The notes under the pieces are model-generated. The model was not told where the DNA came from. It worked only from the letters and a program-made list of their open reading frames with translations, and searched no databases. From the human T2T-CHM13v2.0 reference genome, Homo sapiens, in the NCBI RefSeq assembly GCF_009914755.1, contig NC_060934.1: a stretch of DNA of 64,000 bases; one strand, 5' to 3'. A program made the position numbers and the translations under genes. Positions 28,539 to 42,402 of this stretch are shown here, piece after piece. Each line of letters starts with the position of its first letter. Positions within the stretch are counted from its first letter, which is position 1.

Positions 28539-31500
28539 CTACGAGCAGATGTCATCCGCAAAGTTTATCAATTTACAATTAGGAAGGATTATGAGCCAAA
28601 GAGAAAGTTTTACAAAATAATACAATAAGACTAGCATCCAAATCGCATAGATTTATATGAGTGTGAAAAATAGGGACTCACTTTTTCAATTATGGGAAGC
28701 GTAGTGGGGGGAGAAAAGCAATTGTGTTCTGTGATAAATGAGCCTTTCTTAGCTGAGAAATCAGTTGCTTCCCATTTTATGTACTCAATGTGTGCACTTT
28801 CTATTCTATGCTCCAAACCATTTCTTTCATCTTATGAATAGAAGAAAATTAGAATTGTACTATTGAGGACATATGAGGAATTTATTCTTGAAATAAATTA
28901 ACTACAATGATGCATTGTTGCGGGACTTTGATATAAAATCAGAAAGATACTGAGCTTGGAGAAGCATAATATTGTTATCACTTACAACTAAGTTTATTTG
29001 GGGGAGGAAAATATCTTGACTGATTCACCAATGTAAATGCACTGAAGGCAGCACACACCTCTGATGCGATTTGATGTGAGTTGTCATGTTAAATCTCAGA
29101 CCCGGGGTATTATTAGGGTGCATTGCTTGCATCTAACAACCCATGCTCCAAGAAACCACGGTGAGAGCCAAGAAGTGAACCATTTTTTTTATATCCTGCA
29201 TTTATTTAAGCAAACCAAATGTGTAGAGATAGGAAATTAATGTGTTATAATGTTTTACAAATACAGAGAGAAAACACAGAATATTAAGACCCTGAAGAGA
29301 GTGCATTTGAGAACGCAGTTCTATCATAGGAGACCACTTGCAGGGAACACATTAAAGCCATTGCTGACACAGCCATCTGTCATTCCTGGTTTGCCGTCAT
29401 TTAAGTAGTTTCAATAGATAAATCGGTGATTTGCTTTTAAACAAATATTAATGTTAATGATTAGGGTAGCCTTGAAGGGTTTGTGAGTGACTGTACTATA
29501 CAATGTGATGCTAGGCTTAATGTGTCATTTCAATGCTGTTGTACATTATGCAGGGGAAATAATGTCTTATTACACATTAACTGCGACATCCACTAAAATG
29601 TGAACTAGTTTGCATAGGTTAGTCCTTTGGGCAGCACGATGTTGCTCTAGTCCACCAAGGCTTAAAGATTCACAGTGTAGAGGAAAAAAATATGAATTAA
29701 AGCATTTCTACTAAAATATATTTTAATAGCTGGTGTTAACAATTTGCATAACAAAAGCCAAATTATATTAGTAACATTGTAACATTCCGTGAAGCCCCTT
29801 CATTTGCAAAACATTCAATGTTTTCTTCAAAACTGTTACACTCTCAAAGTTAGTCTCGCAAATTAATCATCAACCACAATTCTACATATTTTGAAGCAAA
29901 CAGAAGCCAAACTGTACAATGGTTCAATTTTGATCACAGGTCAAACATCAAGTTTCACACCATGCCTGTAATAGACTTGGTGCTGCTTCCTAAATGCTCA
30001 GCAATTCATTGCATGGACACTGGAGAATGGGACTGTGATGCAGTTTTCTCTTTTCCTTTAAAGTACATCATTCTTAACAGCAACTGGATTACAAAGAAGT
30101 GATACTATGCAAACTGGATACCATGTATCAAGCACAAAAAATCCTATGGCATTCCCAGGAATATACTGAAGTCATACAGACAACTGAGAAAATTTGCTCA
30201 AAGATTCTTCCAAGTTTATGGGTTCAAGTAGTCTAAGCATCACAGAATAATAACCACAGAAGCAACATACAATGCCTTGACTTTTTTGATCAACAGTTGA
30301 CAGTTAGTTGCGAGGAAAGGGTCCAAAAGGCATGGAATACTTCAGAGACTTTTATTTTAGCATCCTTGTCAGTTTACATAGCTTCTTACTTAACTAAAAG
30401 CTCTCCCACCTCCATATCACCTTAACCAAAACAACCACAATCTAGCCACTTTTAGATTATCAGAAGCAAATCGCTAAGGTATAATTAATTTATGAAGTGA
30501 AGTTCATCTTGTGTAGTGAATCCAGCCTCACAATTATTCTATCTTACAATAGGCATTTTAAATCCCAAATCTAAAGTTAATGTTTATATAGCTCAACTCT
30601 ATATAAATCCACAAAGAACCTTTCAGAAATAGATGGAAGAAGTCGGCATTTTCTAAAGTTCTAAATCTTTAGAGATAAAATACAATCAGCTAACACCTTT
30701 AATATCTGAGGAGCATCCCACTTCCCTACCACAAAAATATCAATCATGTGTAATAAAATATTACTATAGAATAGGCAGCAACTTGCTTGCTTGGTTTTCT
30801 TTCCAAGAGCATACTAGACAAACAAGAGTAATCAAAAAGGCACCTATATTTGTATATATCTGTATTACAGTTTTGGTATATCTTTTATCCACTTTCTATA
30901 GGGATGTGTTATTAAAGATCACACACATTTTCTTCATCTTTTATTGAAAACATTCCACTGGAGATGGATGAACCTGAAAACGAGGTACATCCCTTGAACT
31001 TCCACTATCTTTTTAGAAAAAGTCTTGTTCCTCATTCCCAGAGTGTTGTCAAGCTCAGCATGGAGAGGATAAGGAAAGACTGTGGCACATTGGAAAAACC
31101 AGATCTGCATCTTCTTCAAGAAATAAACCCAGTGGACAGAGAGGGGCTGGTCTAATCTTATCCATATTCCTACAAGGTGCTTGTGGAAACTGTGCTTACA
31201 AATGCCTGTGTGGTGTATGGAGGTCGAGGAGACCTGGGATCATCAAGAGCCTCCTCCATGGGCAGTTGATAACCAAATAAATATTTCAAACTGGGCTACA
31301 CTGCAAGTGTGTAAACAATAACAAGAAGACATGAAGGATTCATTTTGCCATAGGTTAGAAATAGAAAGCTTTCTAGAGAACAAGAATTATTAGTAAAAAC
31401 ATGTACTACAAAAGCTTACAACAAAAGCAATATATTCTGTTGCTATACTTTGCTCAAGAGAGAGAGGATCCCTATACAGCTTTGTTTTCAGAACCTTTTA

Positions 31501-34293
31501 AAAGTGTATCAAACTGTTCCTTGTGCTTCTGTCAGGCTTGAGAACACATCAAACTTTAGAAAGTCAGGTGCATGCTCTCTGTGCTTGGACATTTACACAG
31601 TCATCTTTAACTCAATTTTTAAAATCTTCTTTAGCTGTCAGCTTCATGCACGAGATACCTGTTGCCAAACCAAAGGTGGGAGGGAAGCACGTGGAAAGTG
31701 GAAAAGTTGTTCAGGCATGTCATTTTTTTTTAAATGATGCTTTTAAAAATAGCACTTTGGTTTTATACATATAATTTTCCAATATTTCTCCTGAGATGCT
31801 TAACATCCTGACAAGCTTTATTAACAACTGCCAACACTACCAAATTATGGCCTCAAGAGCATGCAACATCTTGTTCAGTTTTAGTCTTCATTGTAAAACA
31901 ACTACCCTTTAGTTAAATTCTGATCAGATCTTAATTCCTAAAGGCTTGAAGCAGAAATATTTTGCTATGCAAACATTATTACGTGAAGCTTAAAATTTTA
32001 GGAGACTTATTCCTCAAATATGTATTGACTTTTATGCTCAGTGAATCTGGTTTTGAAATCGGTGGATGAAATTACTTTCCTGATTACAAGCATTATTTCA
32101 AGTCAGTTTTCATTGCGGTTCTTATAAATGTGCTATTTATCCAAAATTGTACCTGTCCTATATTTAGTCTGAAAATTTAATCAACAACTACTCTTTCTTA
32201 TAATCACAAAAGAAAATGGCCTGCCTGGGTGAAATGTAAATATATACTTAGTAAAATAAAATTGAGCAGGTATTTTATCCTCAGTTTTAACGACAGATTT
32301 TTTTGCAAAAATATTGCAAGTTCAGTTTATTTTTGTAGGTTTGTGTACAATATACCAAAACAGATATGGGGTTTTATCACTTTAATCACGACTGGCCATT
32401 TCAGTGAGAGAAAACCAGCCAAACCCCCTTAAAAGAAGTCTCTAGTTATTTGCCTGCATTTATTTTTTCAACTTTATGTCAGTGACATATAGATGCAGCT
32501 TCAGTGTAATAAAGCCTATTTACCCTTTTAGCCTAATAAAATGAAATCACAGATTTTCAAAAGCATGTGCTAACTTTTCTAAAGTGGAAATAAATTAGCT
32601 TTGGCCTTTGGACTAGTAAACGTTTCCTTAAACGATGTTTTACAGGATGTTTTGTTAATTTCCTTGAATATAACATATAAGGCAGATATCCCCAAGACCC
32701 GTACATCTTAGTACTTTTTTGCAGTTTTGCTTTTTCGGTTTTGTCATAGCTGTGAAGTCAGACCCTAAGTGAATGCCACCCCGTTGCAGGTCACAGTAAA
32801 CGGCACAATCAGAAAAACACAGGGTTGCCGACGGGTGCCGCTGGCTTGGTGACCTGGACTGCAGACTCTGGATGAAATTTCAAGACCCACCAGCAAGGGC
32901 TAGCATAAAGCCTGCAAAGTCACTTATTCGAAAATCAAAACATGGCAACAATTTCTTTCTTAGAGAACAGGCTCTTGGGCCTGTACTAAAAAATCTCTGA
33001 TGACATTCCTGTTTCATTCCCTTAAAAATGATTTAGAAAATAAAAGCAAAAAAAAATGGAAAAGGACGTCTTTTGATTAACCCGTTTTGGTGGCTAGATT
33101 TCCATTCCAGAATTTGAATACCATTTTCCAAAAGAAGACACCAGATCATCTCTGTATGGAATTGGTAACTTTGTTTGCTGAGTATTTTTCCAGTCACACT
33201 CCAGCTTCCATTGCTTCACTGGCTTCTGTTACATTTTCTTCACTTTGAAATCAATGGTGGCATTAAGTTAATCAAAGCTGTTCAATGGAACACCTAAATC
33301 GCTTATTTACTAGAGTATACATGTTATTTCCTAAGATGTAAATCCTTCAAAACTAGAGTGCGATGCAGCAGGAAAATCTCAAGCATCTTTTCAAAGTATG
33401 TTTTTCTGATGAGCTGGCGACTAGAGGAAGAAAGGGCTTTTAGGTATCAGTCACCCTTTTTGCTTCAATAATAGGAACGCGCAGTGCAGCTGCCTATGTT
33501 ACAGAAGCTTGAATCTACATGACATGCAACAGGGTAAATGCTACTAGGGAAATTATATCAATGACATTATAATTTGCCCTTTGCAGAGTAGCTGTGAAGT
33601 TATTTGGTCCTGACATTCTGTGGAACTGAGCATAGACTTGGGTCCATAGAATATAAATGGAGAGTAGGAGATGCCTTGGTACAAATGAGAAATAAATAGA
33701 TACCAGTCAGCCTAGGGAACAAGGAAATTTCTCTGTTTAGTAGAAGTTTCTAGATCCCTAAGGCCACCAGTCAATATAATTTTAACCAGACTGTCCTTCT
33801 GCCACTGTTTACACTTATTATATTGGGCAATTTTCACTAATATTGGAAATTGCCTCATGACTCAAAAGCAAAACGGGTTTGAAATTATTGGCTGCATTAC
33901 AGAGTTAAGAGAATTGGCTTGGGGTGATTCCAAAGTGACAGCTAAGAAGTTTCAAACACACGCTACATTTAAGGGACAATCAACTTCTCTATTAAAGTCT
34001 ACAAAAATACATTTCCCAGAAGGGTTCAATAGCCAATCAAAGGAAACCATGAACACAATTAGCAGCACCAGGTGTCCAGACACAAAGATTTTTGTTTGTA
34101 GGAATTACTGAAAATGCTGCTGTTTTCAGCCCAGAGGTCATTCCTTCTTCCTGGTACCTGTGTGTCTAATTGTCAAAGGAAGGATACATCATTGTAAAAT
34201 AATGGCCAAGTTGTCTTAAAAGTATCTTCTATCTTTTAAAAAGATTAGGTTTGGGATACATTAGAATAAAGCTCAAAGGGCAGGGAGAAATAA
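28515..34293 (-). other. NEBL: NEBL long 3' UTR (~5.8 kb)
   Basis: No recognisable repeats between the stop codon and AATAAA at 28533-28538; repeats resume just beyond (THE1 at 28101). Confidence 0.75.
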
Positions 34294-34470
34294 TTAATTA
34301 ACAAACTCAATGTAATTCGCTGGGAGCATTCCTGTTCTCCCTGTTCTCTGCACTGTGCCGTACATCCAGCCATCGTCAATAGGCTGCACGTTGACGATGT
34401 AGTCGCCGTCTCTAAAGGAGACCTCGTCTTCATCCTGGGCACTGTAATCGTACATGGCTCGGTAGGTCCT
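34294..34470 (-). CDS. NEBL: NEBL terminal coding exon, SH3 domain [58 protein letters not shown]
   Basis: Acceptor CCTTTCTCAG|, 58 codons + TAA at 34294-34296; SH3 motifs AMYDY, GWM, G-LPANY. Confidence 0.98.
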   Translation of the reverse strand, partial: RTYRAMYDYSAQDEDEVSFRDGDYIVNVQPIDDGWMYGTVQRTGRTGMLPANYIEFVN

Positions 34471-35748
34471 CTGAGAAAGGAAGAAGGGATTATACGATGA
34501 ATGCCGAAATAGCTACAGCCACAAATTCCAATCACAACACACCGACCCACACATAAAGTAACTATTAGGAATGTTTTCAAACACATGTATCTCTGGAAAT
34601 CTGTAAACCTAGCATCTCATTGTGCTGATCTCAAGTTTACTAGTCTAGCAAATAGCTTAATATTTTTGGAACAGGGATAGAAAAGTCACTAAATACGACA
34701 GCTAGCCCATCAAAAAGTAGGCTTTGAAATAATAAAGCCAAGTTCCCCCCAACTTCAGATAACCCCAGAAACCTTAGATAATATGTGATTTCATATTCTT
34801 CAGAGAACAAAACTCGTCATATGTCAGAGAAGTTCAAATCTCTCCTGGCAATGTACTTTTCTTAAGTTGATGCTAAAAATGTTCATTTCCTCTTAAAACT
34901 ATGTAAAACAAATGAAAGAAAAAACTCATAACATACTCACTATATAGGTTTCTGTACCACTATGAGAGAAATTTAGCATATAAGTGTCCTGAATGTTAAG
35001 ATACATACTCAATTGTACTTATTATATTATGATTATAATGAGTTTTCCTATATTTGTTTTTGTTTAAGGCTAAGCATTTAGCTAACATTAACATCAGACA
35101 ATCTCAAAATCAAGTACATTCACAGACTGAGGACATGGCTGGGACCCAAAGAATTTTAGAGCAATTCAAGTTACCGGACAGTGTAGAAGAGTTTTCTAGG
35201 TGTTGAGGCAAAGACCAAGAGACTATGTTGAGGGCTTGTAGAAGAAATTTCTGCATGAGAAGCCAAGTATAACTAGCAAATGTTGAACACTTCTTCCAAG
35301 TTTTACACTGAATATATGAACCAGTTCTTCAAGATTTCCAATGGGGGATTTGAAGATATATTTTGGCCACATAATTTAGGCTTTTGTGTTCATTTTGATT
35401 AAGATGAACTTGTAAATACAACCATCAAATATCCATGCTCCTAAGGCATGAGTAAAGAGCATAATCGGCTAGTACCAATCATGAAGTAACAATTAGGATA
35501 CTGTACTGGTAGATTCTTTGTATGTTTTATTGTTTTATGTAATGCTTATTAATGCCTTCCTTTCTCAACAGTTTACCTCTGTAAGTTTTTTGCTTCCTTC
35601 AAAAGAGTTGTATAAATGGCAACACATCATCATTTATCTTTAAATGAAAATACCCAATATTCAATTCAACTCTATTCCACATGTATTTACATGCTTGAGG
35701 GGAAATGGGAAGACCAGCTAAGGAGGAACGTATCAAATGGACACTTAC

Positions 35749-35855
35749 TAGATTTGGTGAATGCTGCATTGATCTCATGGATGACACACTGGTCTGGTGC
35801 ATGTAGCCATAGCCTTGGGAATGGCTTTGCTGATAGGCTCCGGGAAGAACAGGTG
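35749..35855 (-). CDS. NEBL: NEBL coding exon (approx. exon 27): (A)PVLPGAYQQSHSQGYGYMHQTSVSSMRSMQHSPNL
   Basis: 107 nt, phase 1-0, acceptor ATGCAG|, donor A|GTAAGT. Confidence 0.95.
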
Positions 35856-38112
35856 CTGCATGTTAAACATACACACACACAAAGATTCCTTAAAGTTAGC
35901 CTCGAAATACCCATCCCAAACCCTTAGAGTGATGTTATGCTCTGCTAGAAGCTTCTGAAACAAAATGCCTTTTCAGTGTTGTGAAATTTAAGTTGCAGTG
36001 TTATAAGTGATCTCTAGATTAGTAGAAATCTTAGTAATTAGGGACACATAAAGAAACTCAGCTTAGCATGCAGTTAAATATGCTTTAAATATTCTTGTGG
36101 CTCTATTGCAGATGCTCAGTTAAAAACATAAACAAAAATTTTTCATACTCCCTTAATGAAATCATGTTTTTATTCGACCATGTGATCCTTTTTGGCATTT
36201 TCCAAAAGAAAAATAAGAATTTTAAAGGAATTTAATGATAGAGTATAAGTGTTTTCACAGGGTATTTCTCATATAACAGATACTGTCAATATTTCAAGAC
36301 ATACAGCTGAATGTTACTTTTACAAAGACGGCAAACATAACGTATGTTTAGCAACACGTTTGTTCGGTAGTTAACAAAAAGTCCATACCCTTTAAAGAAA
36401 CATTTACTTAGAATATATGAAGTCTTTGTTTTATGAAGGAGTGATATTCAGCTGACTTATCAAGACTAAATAAGTCAGCTAAATACGTTACAAAAGCCTG
36501 AGAAACCAAATCCTTAAAGAATTTCATAAACATTATTCTTCTATATTAAAAAAGTATCAAAATAGTATTCATTTAGTATGTGCTCTCCAAACCACTAATT
36601 ATGACATTCAAAAGGCATAGTTCCTGTTTTGAAGAACTCGGAATTCTAGAGAAGCCAACACAGAAGCTAGATTTTAAAACCCCACAGAATCAGCAGACAT
36701 ATGCTTGTGTGTTTCTCTGTGAATGTGTTTAAGTTATCTGTGACCAGAAACATGAGCTATAAATGAGGGTATTTTCGTAGCGTGCCCTTCATTGTCTTTT
36801 GAAAAATTTATGTGCTACATTAGTAAAACTTATAGTCATATGTGCTATAAAATATATAATAGTTTGCCATTTTTGTTTAATCAGGTTGAGTATATAAAGT
36901 AATTATAATGGGTTGATTTATTCAGAACAGTTTTTATAATAAAAGAAATAAGATTTAATTCTGAGTGTTATGAATAATTAATATTTTATAAGTAGAAAAT
37001 TCACTCTAATAAGTGAGAACATCAATACTTTAAAGAAGTTTAATCATCAGAAAATTACAAATCATTTAATATGTTCTCCAGATGATAATTATATTAGATT
37101 GAAAGGGGATTTTTTAAATAGTTCTTGAGTGAATTTATCTTATAAAGTTATTACAAATTATGCTTAATGTCCAGATAGGGGACCAAAGAGAAACTGCCAA
37201 GATCTCCACTTGAATTACAGTATATTGCAAAGTCATTAAAACATCATTAAATCTCAAATACTTCAGAAAAGAACACTTTTTAACATTATCAACAAAATTT
37301 AAATATTTGATATCAACAGATGTTAAAGATATTGTCAAAATCCACTCACGAAGAAAAAAGAATGAAATTCCCATAGATCTCCAGGCCCACTTAATTAGCT
37401 GAGTAGGGAGGCTTTTCTATATTAGACTCTGGAAGCCTTGTCCATTGATTCATTCACTGTCTCTGCTCTCAGCAAATATTTATCAGTTAATGCGTGCACA
37501 GAGCATACTGCATTTCCTGGCACATAGTAAGCCTTCACAAATGGTAACAATAATTATTACTGTCCACTATGTTCAAGGCATGCCAGGAAGAAAAGGGGTG
37601 ACAAAAACAATTGCTCTCCTGGAGCACCGAGGGTCTTGGGCACCTGGCCTTTTACCCAATTAACAAAATGGCACTGGCTACTCAGGGTATTTCCAATTAA
37701 ATGATTCAGCCTGCATACTCCAGACTGTTAGTCTTGCACTGGTTTTTAACCATTTAAACAACTCATGGCTTCATTAATTACTACTTGAATCTATTTGTAA
37801 AGTTTGAAAGATTAAATATAAACATCTCTGTAAATTTATAAAAATTAAATTCTAATTCATTGTTACACCATTTAACTGTGAACTTTAAGTTTTAATGTGT
37901 AGAGGTAAGCACAGCCATCTTTAAATGTTTAAGAAAAACTTTCAGGAATGGACATTGAAAAATTTGGGAAAATAGGCTATCTCACACTCTGTAATACATT
38001 TAGGTTCACCTAGTTTATACATCACAGTCCCAGCTTAGTGCCTGTTAAGTGCTGACAATTCAAGAATGTTGCTTAACAATGTTTTCTCATTTTGACTTTC
38101 AAAAAATAAGTA

Positions 38113-38396
38113 TGCTGGGTATGGTGGCTCATGCCTGTAATCCCAGCACTTTGGAAGGCCAAAGCAGGAGGACTGCTTGAGCCCAGAAGTTTTGAGACCA
38201 GCCTGAGCAACATAGCAGACTCTGTCTCTACTAAAAATAAAATAAAACAAATAGCTGTGTGTGGTGGTGCATGCCTGTGATCCCACCTACTTGGAAGGCT
38301 GAGGTGGGAGGATTGCTTGTATCTGGGAGGTCAAGGCTGCCATGTGATCTCACCACTACACTCCAGCCTGGGTGACAGAGAGCAATCTTATCTCAA
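38113..38396 (+). mobile_element. AluJ
   Basis: Dimeric Alu; tail replaced by microsatellite. Confidence 0.93.
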
Positions 38397-38399
38397 ATT

Positions 38400-38532
38400 T
38401 TATATATATATATACATACACATACACACACACATATATATATGTATAGATATATGTATATATATATGTGTGTGTGTATGTGTATATATATATGTGTGTG
38501 TATATATATATATATACACACACACACATACA
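38400..38532. repeat. Compound (TA)/(CA)/(TG) microsatellite with internal inverted repeat
   Basis: ~130 bp of almost uninterrupted purine-pyrimidine alternation. Confidence 0.95.
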
Positions 38533-38879
38533 AGTTATATTTATGCCTACTCCTTACTTATATCTGACTTTGAAAGGGAACCTGTGCTACTGTTAAATAT
38601 AGCAAGAAAAGAAAGTAATGTATTAGTTCTAAATGTGTATATGTTGCAGACAGCAGGGAAGGGAGTTTAGAATGAGAAACTTTGGAATAAACATAAGCCA
38701 TCTATCTAGCCCTTGCAGTTTATCTTCATGCCTTTATTGATTATTCTCATTTGCCATCTGGCTGAATTAGTTATTAAAAAGTTTCTTTGGGATTATAAAA
38801 CCTAGTTATCTACCTTATACTTGGTACAATAAAAGAGTTTTTAGGGAACTCCTATAGGGGTTATAAAAAAAATAACTGA

Positions 38880-39218
<339 letters not shown>

Positions 39219-39938
39219 TTAGTAAAAGCAAACAGCAATTTAAGAAGAGGCATAAACACTGCTTTTCTATTGTTATGCTACAGGAATGCCTTTTTTGGAA
39301 ACTTAGGTAAATAAAACAAGCAAAAGGAAATCTAAAGCAATGGCTTCACATTTGGTTCACTGAGAATTTGGCTGAAAGATAGCTATTCCATGTATGAGAT
39401 TTCTTCCATGAACATGTGGAATCAAAGGATTTTTAAAAAGTAAGATGTCAGGTTCATTTGGCAACAAACAAGGGCTTTTCAATCAAAGAGTAAAAGCATA
39501 GTGCCCTGTTTATTAAACTAGTCATCAGATACCATTAGCATTGCTACAAATGGGGGACAATGGCTTTTCTAACCAAAGAGTTTGAGTTTGACAGGTTGTT
39601 TTATGTCAACAAGATTAAAGCCACAAATAATAGTTTTAGTTATACTAAGTCAATGAAAATACACAGAAGTGTGACTCAACTTTCACTTCACATTGGTAAG
39701 ATTTATTGACCAAAGATCTAGAAGCTGTCTAAAGCTCTAAGCATTTCAGGCTCTATATGGAATATTCTACAACATTTATAACATCAAAATGTCTCTTCTA
39801 CTGTACAATAAAGTACTTCCACAGATAGGCTATTTTCTGCTTAATGGTTATTATTAAAATGGAAAGAGATAAAACCAAGATAAAGAAGTGAATACATGTG
39901 AAGATCATAAAAGAGAAGATGAAAAGGGAGGAAGAAAA

Positions 39939-40241
39939 GTTTTGTTTTTTTGTTTGTTTGTGTTTTTTGAGATGGGGTCTCACTCTGTCACCCAGGCTGT
40001 AGAGTAGTGATGTGATCACAGCTCACTTCAGCCTCAAACTCCTGGACTCAAGCGATCCTCCTGCCTCAGCCTCCCAAGTAGCTGGACATACGCCACCATG
40101 CCCAGCTGATTTTTTTTTTTCCCTACAGACAGGATCTTGCTACATTGCCCAACCTAGTCTCAAATTCCCAGTCTCAAGCAATTATCTTGTCTCAGACTCC
40201 CAAAGCACTGGGATTATGGGCGTGAGCACTGCACCATGCTA
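39939..40241 (-). mobile_element. AluJ
   Basis: Reverse diverged Alu. Confidence 0.92.
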
Positions 40242-41066
40242 AGAACATGTTAAGAGGCTCACCAAATCTGAAACTGGAAAAGAGGAAATATACGTAAATA
40301 CACAAAGATTAGAGTAAATGAAAGGAAGAAATGTACCCACAAGAAACGTTGAAGAGTACTCAAAAAGAAGTTCACTGGGGGGGATGTACGCAGAGTGCGT
40401 GAAAGAAGAGAATATGATTAAGTGTCCTTGGTGTTCATGGTGCTTTGTATGCCATCATTTAATTACTGCAACAACTATCTAAAACAGATACCATTCCCAC
40501 TTTACAGAACAAAATACAACAGAGGCTGAGAGATTGAACAGGAAGGCAGCAAAAAAATTATTTGTGCAGTGAAGCCACAGTTAAGGTTTCAAGTCATCAA
40601 AGAAAAGGTGAAGGTTTTGAAGGCCCCTCAATGACTATAGAGATACAGTCGATGGCCAAATTCCAAATAGAAAAAAAAAAAAAAGAAAGAAAGAAAAAGA
40701 AAAAGAAAAAAATGGTACTTTAACTATAGATGTAATGTGAAAAGAGAAAATAATTTGGGTTTTTTCCTATGGGCTTACTTTTTGAAAAAATCCAGAAAAA
40801 GGGAGAAAATCACCATTCAGAAATTTCCCAATAAAGAGTCTAGGATACAATGCAATTATTGTCATATTTTCTAACACTTGACTACTGTTTTATCAGCTAA
40901 TGTATGTCAAATAACTTAATGAGGTTTTGTTTTTCTTTTTAGGACAAAGAACCCCTATTTAGACAATCAGAGAGGAATTGCTAAAAGAGAAAGTAGGACT
41001 ATGCTGCTAGTTTTGAAGTAAGTATTAAATAATGAACTAGATCCTAGTTAAATCCTGTCTAGTCCT

Positions 41067-41368
<302 letters not shown>

Positions 41369-42050
41369 ACTCCTGTCTAGTCCATGAGCAAGGTGGCTGT
41401 GCTGCTTGGTTATAACACACGGCCATGGTATGGACCTTTCTGCTCAAATTGCTTTTACACGTGTCACTGAGAGTTTCATGTCAAAGCCTCAAGTCCTATT
41501 CACATCTGATCACAAGACATAAGTGGGAGTTAAGTCCACAAAGTTTATATGCAATCTAGAAACAAGATGCTATTTTTTAATCTGAAAGGATTCTTAGCAC
41601 TACAGAAACCCCTTTTCCTTCCCTGCAGGATACAGAAGCAAGCCAGATTGCCTCTAGATTTTAGTTTGCAGATTCTTAATTATAAGCTCTGAATAGGGAA
41701 GTGCCGAAGAAACAGGCTTACTGCATAATAAACTAAGAATACCCAGACTTCAATATAAAAATGAAGTGCTCTATAATTGAGTTAAAACCACCAAGTTTTA
41801 AAGACATGCCTAATCATCGTGATACAAAATAATTAAGCTCAAGCTTTGGGAATCATTTAAAAATAAAAGCAGTCATTACTGTTTTATATGTTAAATCTTC
41901 AGTTTCAGCAGGAGCAACAAACCCTGGAAAGGAAGGACAGGAGATTAAGGACTGAGGACAGAGGAAGAATCAGTTACTTGCAGTGTTTTCAACCCTGACT
42001 GCATATGACGTTCAGGTCCCCCACACCAATTATAATAAATCAGAATCTAG

Positions 42051-42402
<352 letters not shown>

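Noticed and set aside
34245-34586. 113 aa ORF overlapping the SH3 exon
   Set aside because: Alternative frame; the real frame is fixed by the splice phase and SH3 motifs
35599-35802. ORF MHQTSVSSMRS... as a stand-alone gene
   Set aside because: Second half of a NEBL exon read through its donor into intron
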